Origin: Halocafeteria seosinensis
Taxonomy: Eukaryota
DNA: 53,989 nt
NCBI GenBank assembly: GCA_001687465.1
Contig: LVLI01000363.1
Location: forward strand, 1-53,989
Reading direction: 5' to 3'
Below, in pieces: positions 1 to 12,256 of this stretch. Each line of letters begins with the position of its first letter. The stretch's first letter is position 1. Position numbers and translations under genes: made by a program. Below the pieces are notes generated by a model. The model searched no databases. It had not been told where the DNA came from and saw only the letters and a program-made list of their open reading frames with translations.

Positions 1-392
1 AAATTCCAACTTCGACCTTATGTACCTGGGTGTTAGGAACAAGGTTGGTCGCATTGAATTGAAGACCTTCTTTAGTCAATGGCGTATCTGGAAATTTTGG
101 AGTGCTTCCGTAGNTTTTTTTTGCGTCGCATTATATCCATACGGGAACATTTGAGGGTGGAAGAGTTACGTTGAAACCGGGTTTGAAGAATCTATTTCTA
201 TTGGGAGACATATGTTTTCCCGATTTACCGGCAATGTCACATACCCTATGGTAGCCTACTAGCCTCACAAGTGCTTTGAGAATTTCTCTGGACAAAGTAC
301 GAGTCATTGAGAGTGACCATACTCTTGGCAAACCATACTGGTAAATTGTCTACGTAACTGCGTAACTGTGCACTGTTTAGGCGGAAAGTAGT

Positions 393-2702
393 CTACTTGA
401 CGTCCACTCTAACGTCACTGCCGTTCACGTCGGAAGCTTCTTGATCTTCTTGTTCCTCCTGCTGTTGGCTCCTTTCCATAGCCTTGACAAAGTCTTGGCG
501 TTCGATCCGCAAGATCGACACGTTTTTGGATTCGACGGTGACTGAGAAGTCCGTTTCATAGTTGTCTTCCATCAACGCACCTTGGCCAACGCAATCGAAA
601 GGCTTCTTTATACTCTCTACATCATCCTTGCCTGAAGTGACTTTAATACTGCCTTCAAGAACAACAATTGCACCTGTTAATTTCTCGCCTTTCGACACGA
701 TGACCCCGCCGTTCTGCCAGACTCTTCTTGCTTCCAACAGATTGGATGGAACCGCTGCAGAATATTCTTCTTTGGAATACTGTTGATCTGTATCCTCTGG
801 GACTGACTCCCCTTTTTCTGGTTTTGACAAATACAGCGTTCTCGAGGACTGGAGCAAACTTGACAGTTCGTCAATAGAAAGGTGTTGATGCTTGTATTGC
901 TTTTGCTGAAACACTTTGGCGGTCTCCAAGAGAGTGTAAGCAATTGCTCGAGCCAAGGAGGCACTCAAGCCCTCTCTCATTCCCGATAGGGTTAAAAGGT
1001 TCAATCGGTTAGTATTAGCGATTTTATCTCCTTTTGTCCGTTCTTCAGCTGCACGAAGCAAGAGTTCGGAAGATTCATGGTAATGTTTGGGGAACCTTTG
1101 AAGTTTCTACTTACCCCCCTCAGGCAAGTCGTGTTCATCTTGGACGTCCATTTGAAGAATCTGCTCCAAAATATCTTCCATCGAAATGCAACCTTCCAAA
1201 ACGTAAATCGGATCGCGGTCTTCAACGGAGTCATCAACTTTTCGGACCGCAGCGAAATGAATACGTTCAGAGTGCATTTGCAGGAGTACCTCTCGGAGAC
1301 TATCAGTGGAGTCCACAACTGGAACACGCTCTCTGTGAAACAGCGAGACTACCGCCATAACTGGCAGCTCTTCTCTAGGAGATACGAGTATCAAGTCCTT
1401 GGCGTATAGCAGCCCGATTATCCAAGTTCCGTCGTTGTTCCAAACTGGGATGCGGCTGAATCCATGTTGGAAAATTTGCGACATCGTGTCAAACGTTAGG
1501 CGATCCGATGAAGTCAATGAAAACAGTTGATGCCTGGGAGTCATTATATCACCGGCAGTAATGTCTCCGAACTTAATTGCACCCTTCATAATCTGCCGCT
1601 TGTCGCTGGAGAAGACCTCACTATGAGTGTCAATGAGTTGATGGAACTGCGCGCAGGCCGAACGACACCAGCATCAAAGCAAGGTGTTCAACAGATCAGT
1701 GAGGAGACATACCTCTTCTTTGGAGTAGAAGCGACCGAGTTCTTCACCAAAGGTCCAGTCAATAATAAGAGCCATGGGCTTTGCAACGGGATATAGAAGT
1801 ACCAAAAAAACTTTCATCATTGGGACTGATGCAGAACCCAGCACTGAGCGGAACCGAACACAATGGATTCTAAGTGCACAGTCCCAGTATCCACAATTCT
1901 GATAAAGCACTTACACAAAGCGTACCGATTGCAAAAGATAGTGGGGACGACCTCACCGAAGATCGCGATCAGCGCGGTGGAGATTAAGAAGCCTTGAGTA
2001 CCTGCATTGTTTCTCAATCAAAGCGTACGGAAAGTTTGAACGTGAGTCCCCGAGCAACACAAACAATTGCGTCACGCGAATCGTACCTGTAGTAAGGTCG
2101 GCCGACACAATAGCAATCAAGGAGTTGACAGCGACGTTGCCAACGAGTAACGTGCACAACAGAAGGTTGCTGTGCTTGCGAATTTCCCAGATCTTGGAAG
2201 CGTACACCTTCTCTTTCTCACTTCCGACTTCTTTCAAAATCTGTAGCCGGAACGCATTGCAAAGTATTTAATGAATGATCTCGAGAGTTATACTGCGAGC
2301 GGCATGTACCTGGAGCTGATTCTTCTCGGGTCCCATGAGTCCCAGCAACAGTCCGGCGAAGGATCCTGAGAAAAACGTCAAAACAGCAACCGCAGTTCCT
2401 CGTACAGCTTTCTCCCACGCCGGCATGGACTCTAAATGACGTCCAGGAGGAAGAGGTTCCATAGAAAACTGGCCTCCCAGAATGCCCCCTGGAAGTCCAC
2501 TCCCGGGACTCGGAGTCGTCCACACAGCTTCCGCTCCAGGTTCCACAAGCGGAACGACGACCATGGGCAAGACCACACAGAGGGTCGTCAAAATACCCAC
2601 GACGGTGGCTATTCGTTTGGCGGGATCGAACCCATCGCGGCTGAGAAAACCGCGTTCGGAGGTGGTGGTCACCTTGAAAGGGGGGCGGCCGGGGGGCTGC
2701 AT
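393..2702 (-). CDS. CNNM/DUF21-CBS-pair metal (Mg2+) transporter, paralog 1 (multi-exon)
   Basis: Exon pieces in ORFs 2268-2702, 1953-2237, 1817-2017, 1674-1910, 1107-1589 and 393-1061. They give DUF21 motifs (SGSFAGLLLGLM; NLLLCTLLVGNVAVNS; IFGEVVP; YPVAKPMALIID), a CBS pair (DIMTP..GFSRIPVW..GLLYAKDL..SMEDILEQIL) and a C-terminal cNMP-binding-like segment (VVLEGSIKVTSG). GT-AG introns lie between the pieces. Confidence 0.93.
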
Positions 2703-3188
2703 TGCTCGCTATGAGAAAGTGGTGCCGTCGAAGCTTCGTGGATGATGATTCGTCGACTTTTTTTTTTTCTACTTGGCTAAATAACAACATACGCAGTTTT
2801 CACTTAAAAAGTGCGGACGGTCGTAAAACAATTCGAACCTGCAACTTATGCTGTCTTCTGGCGGCACCGTCGAACACCTCAGGTCCTCAGCCCTTGAACT
2901 CAGAGGCTTGAAGTTCCTGACCAAAGCTGCGGAGGCCAGCCGTAGTAAGTTGGTACTACTACTAACTCCGGTCGAAGAGTCGACAATGACACACTTGAAC
3001 GGAGTCTGACGAACAAGAAGAGGGATATATAAAACGAAGGAGCGACGTAGGTAGACAGGGGGTTGTGGGTGCAAGTGTCGTGGGATTCCCGTATCAGCCT
3101 ACTTGTGTGACCCCCTCCCGTGTGCAGTCCAAGCAAGACTTGCATTCTATTTCATTCAGAAGCACAAACATGCACTGTACAGCCAACT

Positions 3189-5442
3189 TTAGGTGATATC
3201 TATTGCGATCTCATCAACACTCGCATCCCGGCCAGGAGGCGTTAGACGCTCGCCTTTGAGTGCCTTCACGTAGTTCTCGCGGTCAATACGGATAACTGTT
3301 ACCTCCGGTGAGCCCAAAGTAACACGAAAGTCGGTGACATAGTCGCCTTTCAGTAGTGAACCCTCTCCAATACATTCGAAAGGCTTTATCACCGTCTTAA
3401 TGTTGTCCTGGCCACACTCCACATCGAGTTTACCCTGAAGCACTATAATTGGACCAGACAGGGTTGAGGTTTTCTTGACGAGAACTCCACCTTGCTTCCA
3501 CACCTTCTGAGCCTCCGCGATGCTTGATAACGCCGACTCGCTGGAAGTGAGAGGTTCTTCCTCACTGACAGGTTCATTGCCGTTGGGCTTTGACAAGTAC
3601 AGTATTCTCGCATTTTGCAACAGATGAACAAGTGTATCCAAGTTGCCCCATTTACCTGGAATCGCTTCCTCAGAAAAGGCAGGAACAGTCTCCAGGAGAG
3701 TGTGGGCTATAGCCCGAGACAAGGATGGAGGTAGACCCTCCTTCATCCCAGATAAGCTAAGCAAATTGAGACGGTGCATTTGTGCGAGTTCTCTTGCTTG
3801 AGTATCCGCAGCATCTGTAAAACGTCAAGCGGGTAATTTCATCGTGATTAGAAGTTGCAAACTGCAGGCGCTTACCATTAGAAGCATCATGCTCATCCTC
3901 CACATCCATCTGCAGTATCTGTTCCAGGATATCCTCCATAGTAATGCATCCTGCAAGAGCGTATATGGGGTCGCGGTCTGGGACAGAGTCGTCTACTTTA
4001 CGGACCGCCGCAAAGTGGACTCTCTCGGCATGCATTTGCATTAGAACTTCGTTTAAGTTGTCGTCAATATTCACGATAGGCACTTTTTCTCTATGGAAGA
4101 GAGTAACAACAGCCATGACTGGCAATTCTTCTTGTGGAGAAACGAGAATCAAGTCTTTTGAATAGAGAAGACCAATGATCCACGTTCTTCTAGCGTTCCA
4201 AACCGGGATACGGCTATAACCAGTTCGAAAAATCTCTGACATTACATCGTAATCCAGTCTATCCTTGGAAGATAGTGAAAACACTTTGTCGGAAGGAGTC
4301 ATTATATCTCCTGCAGTAGCATCACTGAACTTTAAAGCTCCTTGCATGATCTGCCGCTTATCGCTTGTAAAGATCTCGCTATGAGTGTCAATCAACTTCG
4401 TAAACTGCGATTGCAGCACAACTAGATGCTTACATATTGGATGCAAAATAAAATACATTTGCTGTATTACATACTTCCTCCTTGGAGTAATAGCGACCAA
4501 GCTCTTCCCCGAATGTGCAGTCTATTATTAGAGCCATGGGTTTTGCCACAAGGTAGAACACAACCATTGCCACCTTCATCATTGGAACGGATTTTGCTCC
4601 AAGTACTGCAGACATCACTAGACACTCCATCGATGAGAGATATCCTCCAGAATCGAACGGTGAAGCGGCGACATACGTAGTGCATAACGAGAACAGAAGA
4701 TAGTGGGAACCACTTCTCCGAAGATTGAAATCAGCGCGGTTGAGATGATGAAACCAATGACCCCTGTGTAGACACTTGAACAGAACAGACGCTTCAAACT
4801 GCTACCATCGAGTTTTGAATATCTCAGAATTTTACCTGTGGTTAGTTCAGCTGAGATAATCGAGATGAGGGAATTGACAGCCACGTTGCCAACAAGCAAG
4901 GTACACAAGAGCAAGTTGCTTTGCTTGCGGATTTCCCAAATCTTTTGCGCGTACACTTTCTCCTCTCCTGTCCCGGCTTCTTTGAGAATCTGCGGCAACC
5001 CACGCATAGACGAAAATCGTCACCAGAAAAGAGGAGGAATTCGAAAAAAAAGTGTCCGGTGAAAACATACCGCAAGTAAATTTTTTTCCGGTCCCATTAA
5101 CCCCAGGAGCAATCCGGCGAACGATGCCGAAAAAAAGACCAGCACTCCAACCGCAGCGCTCCGTACAGCGACCTCCCATGTGGGCATGCCATCGGTCAAC
5201 TGCCGTCTATGCACTTCGGGAACAGCGTTTTCGCCGTTGAAAAGTCCGATTCCTGGAAACGAGTCACTTGAAGTTGCGACAGGATCCCCCTGAAACAAGC
5301 TCCAGCCATCATTGGGGACGACGGTGAAGAGTGAAACCAACAGAATGGAGCCTAAAACAGCCAGCAGCTTGACGTTGGGACGAACATGAAGCGTGGAAAA
5401 GCTCATACAAGACCAAAATGAGCTCACGGAATTTGGTCGCAT
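3189..5442 (-). CDS. CNNM/DUF21-CBS-pair metal transporter, paralog 2 (multi-exon)
   Basis: Same motif order and intron layout as paralog 1 (FAGLLLGLMGPEKN, NLLLCTLLVGNVAVNS, GYSRIPVW, TMEDILEQIL, VLQGKLDVECG). The start codon could lie further upstream (ATG at 5572). Confidence 0.92.
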
Positions 5443-5777
5443 CAGTCAGAAAAGGGATTCGTTGCTCACAAATCAACCAAGCAAGGATCCAGGGATTTGA
5501 AAGCAGCAAATGCAGCAACAAAATTAGTCGATCTGTGGAGGATGGTTGTCTAACTAACAAACGCAATGCCATACAGGCTTCTCAACATCCGGCTTTTCGG
5601 ACCGGATTTCGGGTCACTCGGACCGAAACTCGTGGAATTCAAAAGCATATATATACAACATATACGGTAAATGATGAAAGCAAATCAAAATATAATTTGG
5701 TATTTGGTAAGTAACAATTGTTCCATAAAACAGAAGAAAATGTTGAAATGCTAGTGCTCTCTCCCATACGGTATACC

Positions 5778-8212
5778 TCACGAATCCAGGAGTCCTTTCC
5801 GCTCGGAATCTTGCTGTCGGTTATTTATGTCAGGATCAGCGTGCACAACAGTACCAGTGGTAGAAGGTACCTCTTTCGTTTCGCTATTCACGGAGCTTGC
5901 AGGGGTTGGGACCTTTGGCTTCCGCTCCCTTTCTTTGCCAGCAGTGTCTCCTCTCGCCGCCTTTTTCGAGCCTTTCCGCTTGTTGGATTGCATCTGTCGA
6001 TTCGTAACATGACCGTGCTCCAGGGCTTCTAGATATTCTTTACGATCCAACATAAGTATAGTTGCATACTGAGACTGCATTGTCAGTCGAAAATCAGCAC
6101 GATAGTCCTCTTGCACAAGTGCTCGCTGGGCAACACATTCGAACCGCTTCCTTGAGTACACCATTTCATCTTGACCAGAAGTCACTTCTAGGGTGCCTTC
6201 AAGGATGATTATAGCACCTGAGAGTGACTGCCCACTTTCAACCACGACTCCACCACTCTCCCAGATTTTGTTTGCTTCGACGATGTTCGCAGGAACCTCC
6301 GTCGATTCCGCCGAGTGCAGCGGGGTTTGGTTCGGTTTCGAGCCTTCGGGCTTCGCCAAGTAGAGGGTCCGGGAAGTTTGTACCAGTAAGCCAGTTAGGA
6401 GATCTACACTGGGGAACCTCCCTGGAAGAACTTCTTCGCGAAATACAGGTACAGTTTCGAGAAGCGTGTAGGCGATGGCTCGAGCCATAGATTCCGAAAG
6501 CTCCTCAGTCATTCCCGCCAGACTCAGTAAATTCATTCGATGCATTTCTGCCACTTCCTCCTTTCGTGCGGATACAACACCTGGAACAAAGTACATATTA
6601 TGTGGGACGCAAGCTAAGATTTATTAAACGCCTATTTACATACTCTCATCTGAAGGGTGATCATATTCGTCTTCGACTTCCATTTGCAATATTTGCTCTA
6701 TAATGGCCTCCATAGTAACGCAGCCACTGAGAACATAGATGGGATCCCTGTCGGCAACGGAATCGTCTATCGTCCGTACGGCAGCAAAATGCACCTTTTC
6801 AGAGTGCATTCTATAAAGAACCTCACCAAGTGAGTCTTCAGCGTCCACAATGGGAAGTACTTCCCTATGGAAAAGGCTAATCACAGACATTACGGGCAGC
6901 TCCTCTTCAGGAGACACCAATACCAAATCTTTGGCATATAGAAGTCCAATCATCCAAGTTCCTTCTGCATTCCACACTGGGATGCGACTGAAGCCACGAC
7001 GGAATATCTCTGACATTGTGTCAAAATCCAAACGATTGGTCGAGCTCAGAGAGTAGATCTTATCCCGAGGGGTCATCACATCTCCGGCTGTTGCATCGCC
7101 AAAGGTTAAGGCGCCTTGCATGATACGTCGCTGATCCTTCGAAAATACGTCCTTATGGGAGGCAATCAATTGCGTAAACTGCAGCAGTCAAATTGCTTAC
7201 GTTTTGTTCGTGGCTTACAATGGATTTTTTGGGGGGCGGTGTGTGCCTAACTTACCTCCTCCTTCGAATAAAAGCGACCGATTTCTTCTCCAAAGGTCCA
7301 ATCGATGATGAGCGCCATGGGTTTGGCCACTGGGTAGAAAATCACCATAGCTACCTTCATCATTGGAACAGACTTCGCTCCCAACACTGAAAACAGCAAA
7401 CTAAGATGCTTGATTATCTTCATGAGAATACGGCATGAAGTATCATGCTTACATAAAGCGTAGCGAGAGCAAAAAATAGTAGGCACCACTTCTCCAAAAA
7501 TGGAAATAAGAGCGGTAGAGATGATGAACCCGATGGTTCCTGTAAAGATGAGAGAGAATAAAACAAGCAAACTAAAGCAGGGGAACGAAATCATGTCATA
7601 GCAAGGAGAATTAATTACCTGTGGTAAGTCCAGCCGAAATGATGGAGATCAGGGAGTTGACAGCCACGTTGCCGATCAATAGTGTGCACAACAGTAAGTT
7701 GCTGTGCTTGCGAATATCCCAAATCTTTTGAGAGTACTCCTTTTCATCGGGACTTCCAGCTTCCTTGAGAATCTGTGTACCATCCGAGACGAGTTACGGC
7801 GGTAAGAGAACTCTTTGACATGGTTCCTGCATACCCTAAGTTGGTTCTTCTCGGGCCCCATTAAGCCCAGCAGCAATCCCGCGAAGGCGCCTGAGAAAAA
7901 TACCAGGACGGCCACCGCTACACTCCGTATGATCTGCTCCCACACCGGCATATCCTCGGCCAGGTGGCGTGCCAGCGGGGGTCCACCACTGTTTGAGTCA
8001 TACCGGCCTTCTAATAGTCCCGTTCCAGGATGGTGATCCGCCGATACCTCTCCATATATTGACTCCCCACGAGGCTGAGTCAGGACGAACGTGGTCACGA
8101 TGATACCAGTAAGTATCGCTACACGCGAAGCATTCTGAAAGGCATAACAGGGGGTTGCATTCAAGCCTTGGAAAAACCCTGTTCCTGCCTTTCCCCGAGG
8201 CCCCCAAGGCAT
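5778..8212 (-). CDS. CNNM/DUF21-CBS-pair metal transporter, paralog 3 (multi-exon)
   Basis: Same motifs (SGAFAGLLLGLMGPEKN, IFGEVVPTIFC, GFSRIPVW, ILEGTLEVTSG), with a longer low-complexity basic C-terminal tail. Confidence 0.92.
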
Positions 8213-8468
8213 TCCTCGATATTACCAAGATATAAAATTGTGTTTATGAGGAATACACGACAACAACACAGAGGATGTCGTCCTTGTTTTGTCCAGGAAA
8301 CTATCATACTTCAAGCACATGTGCTGTTGTTGTTCGACACTTGTCGCTCTGGCCCAAGCTCCGATGATGGTATCACATGATACTGTCAACAAACACACAT
8401 GTAAGTCAGTTCTATTATGTTTCTTCTTCAAGTTAACATCAAGCAATATTCTCTATATATGCCTGTGT

Positions 8469-10950
8469 CTACACGGTGTCTAGATATTCCTCCGCACGAG
8501 CGACAAGTTCAGCCTTCTTGCCGCTCACGGGTTTCCCCGCGGACTTGAGCAATTCCTTCAGCTGAGGCATGGTCTTCTTACTTAGAGTACCATTTGTTTT
8601 AGCTTCTTTCCATTTCTGCATGTCTTCGGCATCGAGTTTCGGAGCAGGAGCGCGAGCACGCTTCTTGCCAGCAGTGGCTGTTGGTGCGGACCTATCGACC
8701 CCCGCCGGTGTTATCGACTTGTCAAACTGCTCCAGATCCTCCTTGAAATTCATAAATCCCTCCATGTCGGGCTTAAGAGTGTCATCGTTTTCCTCTTTCC
8801 AGTCCACATCGTCTTCTCCCAGAGCAAGAGCTTGAGCAGCGGCGTAGAACTTTTGGATAACCGGATTGGTGAAGTCGCGAGAAGAAAACGTAGGGATATC
8901 AAGCTTATTCACAACGTCCTTTGCCTTAGATACTGCTTCCTCGGGTGGATCTTCTTGCTTATCTGACTGTTGAAGGCAACGAATATCATCAGCGTACGGA
9001 AGAGCAATGCCATACATGCCGGGAGGGCTTGTTTGGGTACCGTCCTCGTCCAGCTCTTCTTCAACTGGAAGAAGAGCAACAAATTTGGGAAGGGCATTTG
9101 CGCGCGGAATTAATCTTACGATGGCCACTTTATCTTTTGCTATCATCTGCTGATGGAGGGCGCGAAAAGCTTTTGTCGACCCTTTCATGGCTGATTCGTT
9201 CGGATACACAAAGTAGGGTGGGCGCATGTTGTGATAGTCTTTCACATAGCTCCTTGGCTTGAATCCCATTAAGGTGATGCCTGATGGGCCGAAGTACTTC
9301 AATTTACGCACGTCGGATTTCGAAAAATATATTGTCTTCCCACCAAATTTATGGTAGTGCTTGATTTCCTTGGGCTCTAAGGCTTTCCCGCTGTCTTTGC
9401 AAATCCACTGAGTCACAGGAACCACAGGCTTCATATTCGTTGCTTCTACTTTCTTTGCCGTGGGTTTCTTGGCTGGGTATATATTCATAAAGAGCCCAAC
9501 AGCCAAATTAATATCCTCCGCGATCTTAAAGTTCAGCTTTGCATACTGCGAATAGAAATTTCTATATCAAGATGCGCTTCTCAGAGCGAACGGCGGTCTT
9601 GGACTTACACTTCGCTTTTTATGAGTGCGAGAACGAACTCGTTCGAGAAACATGTCAAAAGGTTGATCATGACGTAGAGCTACAGTGGTGTATCCGTCTT
9701 CGTCTAAATCCTCCTCCTCTGTTTCATATTTCGTCGCAATCTGTCACAACATTTCAATCGAAGACACCTAGTATAAATGGCATTGTACGCTGATACTGCG
9801 CTGATACTGCGCTTGACTTACATTGCTCCAAAACTTATCAAACTGAAATTGATTATCAGTTGCAGGAGTAGCAATGCCATACACAGCAATAATGTGCTCC
9901 AGTTCAGCCAGATCGTTTGCCCGTTGTTTACTCTGCTTTGTAATCTCTTCGTCTCCGGCAACGGGGTTGTCGTCGCACGTGAATACGAAGATTCTCTTAT
10001 ATTCTGGATTCTTGCTTCTGCAGTTTCAATGAGATTAAGTGTCCCTCCCACAAACAGTAAAGTTAATATATCGTATTCAAGACGTACTTCTTCACAGGGG
10101 AAAACTCTGAGGAGCATGCCCATAAAGCTTTGTCGATCGGGAGTGGCTTTCCTTCACCAAGGTGCCCCAATTTGGTATGAGGATCGTCGTTGTCGGATAC
10201 AGGCAGCAATCCCTGTGGACGAGAGATAGAGACCGTACGGGAGACACATACATATAACAATCCTTTGCTTCGGTCTGCGAAGGGAATACCAGTTGGATAG
10301 TAGCATCTAAAACTTACTTCCAGATCCTGCACAGTTTCAATGCCCGGTTGCATCAGGTGGGAGAGCACATAGACGCCTTCAAAGTTATCTCGCGTGTTTT
10401 GCTCTTTCTGCGGTATTAATGAGAGAAAAGTACACCCTGCTTAACCTTGAAAACCGCATAGATCTGAGGCATATACATACAGTTCCCATGAGAATGACGC
10501 CAACTTTATCATCAGCCCCCGCGATGATTTTGGCTTTCACAAAGTCCAATGTGGCTCGAACACAGTTCTCAAAGACGGTCTGCGATGAGGACGTATTGAA
10601 CATCATAAAGCACACCTTATGCATCGGCGAAATCGATATAAATGATGCCTTAAATGACTGAAAATGGGTCATGTCGACCCATCTGTGAAGGTCAGTGACG
10701 AAGTTTCTTACCTTTCCCTCGTCGTTTTTGTGTTTAAACATGCCTTCTCGTGAGTCTATGAGAAACATTATGTTATCCCGCATTGCTGGGGTATCCTGCA
10801 CGTGGTCAACAGGTACGTAAACAGTGAATATCCTGCTGGAAGAGGTTTGTGAATTCAAAAAGTGGATCTTACGCCCTGGACGTCATCGTCTCCTCCAAAG
10901 AGCCCACCGCTTTCCACCCAATCCGGAGGGTCATTGCCTGATGCACTCAT
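8469..10950 (-). CDS. KU70: Ku70 (XRCC6), NHEJ DNA end-binding subunit
   Basis: ATG at 10950 (MSASGNDPPDW...). vWA motifs (RDNIMFLIDS; KAKIIAGADDKVGVILMGT). Core motifs LMGFKP, FVYPNESAMKGSTKAFRALH, FVALLP, PPGMYGIALPYADDIR and NPVIQKFY. C-terminal SAP domain (LSKKTMPQLKELLKSAGKPVSGKKAELVAR). Confidence 0.95.
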
Positions 10951-11308
10951 TTTACCTCTTACTGCTGGTATGGAAGTACCGAAAAGGAAAGCAAACAAGC
11001 CTTAATGAACCGAAAAATCTTCGCTCGGTCTCATCTGAAAGAAATGATTGCCACCTCCATATTGTCTGAACGAAATAATTGACGGGTGGCAACCTGGCAA
11101 GTTAACGACGTAACTTTAACGTGTGATGTTACGTGTCAGTGTCACTGAGTGACACGGTGTCCCGAATCGAGGCAGCAGGTCAGGAGGTCCCTCCGGATGG
11201 TGAGTGTATAAGATGCAAACACGTCATTGATTTGATTGATTACGTTTCGTTTATAGCCGCATTCATGGATCGGCAACTGGTAGCATCATAGTGTGCACTT
11301 GCGTGTGG

Positions 11309-11560
11309 CAGACAACTTAGACGATATTCGTGGTCAACTGTATCATTATGAAGGGATACAACAATGGGGCAATGAAATCTGGGCTCCCAATGGAAGCAAA
11401 AGTCTACCCATTTGCGCTTCCAGCTCCGCCCCGTCAGCAAGCCCGCAAGCGTTGAGTACGAAAAGAACGCTACCGGCACAGCGTCCCCGAAGGTCCACGA
11501 AGAGAAGACAGAAACTGAAACTGGTGCAAGTACTGATTCTGCTTGAAAGAAGTACTGAAA
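11309..11560 (+). pseudogene. Isolated 3' fragment of the GLUG-like secreted protein family
   Basis: DNLDDIRGQLYHYEGIQQWGNEIWAPNGSKSLPI aligns directly with DNIDDIRGQPYRHDGIQQWDSATWALCGSDHLPI of the 16803-18554 protein. No N-terminal part is present. Confidence 0.8.
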
Positions 11561-11756
11561 GGGTGTCCCCAGTACAACTAAGAGTATCCAATAATACAGT
11601 ACTTGTATCCTTCAAACAGAAAGTCTCTTCCAAAATCCCCGGTCTTGTCCAAGAATATCACATATAAACACTCAAATGTTGGCGCAGGCTTAGGGCCCAG
11701 CATTTCAATCAATGAGATACTTCATGAGGCGCAATTTTCAAAGTGCATTCTCAGGT

Positions 11757-11804
11757 ACACACACATATGCGACAGATAGCCCACCGGCTGCGGAGTTGAC
11801 CCCA
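11757..11804 (-). mobile_element. Short (CA)n-TGYGACAGATAGCCC element, copy 1 (candidate retroelement 3' end)
   Basis: ACACACACATATGCGACAGATAGCCCACCGGC..TTGACC matches the copies at 21362, 29181 and 34059. CAGGTA at 11752-11757 and 11901-11906 is a possible weak TSD. Strand is inferred from the (GT)n tail. Confidence 0.6.
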
Positions 11805-12256
11805 TATTCTGGTGCGGACTTCCCCGGAACTCTCCCACCACTCATACAGTATCGTAGAGTGTAGAGTGTATGCAGCGTGGGATCCCTCGGCTCGGATGCA
11901 CAGGTAAACAATCTGCATAGACCAGTATTTCCTATTGCGTCAAACCAGTACGAAACAACGATTACTCATTGATTGTGACATGGTATACATTGTACTTCCA
12001 TACTACTGTATCATACAAGCCAGAGACTACTCAAAACAGACAATCATTTCTCCCGGCTTATTATATTAAGAGCGCCTGGCACTGCTGGCAGAGGCTCAGA
12101 GCCTATTACTCGGACCATTATGTCACAGAGTTGCCTTGCATTGAATAGCGTTGTTCGCACCAGAGGTTGTTGCTTGCACATGGCTTCATTTCTCTGGAGA
12201 GAGGGTCCTAGGTTGTTGTAGCCAGTACGAATTAAGCACGTAAACAAGGAGATGAA

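Noticed and set aside
131..8380. Many short ORFs overlapping the CNNM genes on either strand
   Set aside because: Antisense or off-frame shadows of the spliced CNNM exons. The same applies to most short ORFs overlapping other genes.
8469..11804. Functional link between Ku70 and the nearby micro-insertions
   Set aside because: Adjacency alone is not evidence in a eukaryotic genome, and the insertions are spread over more than 20 kb.
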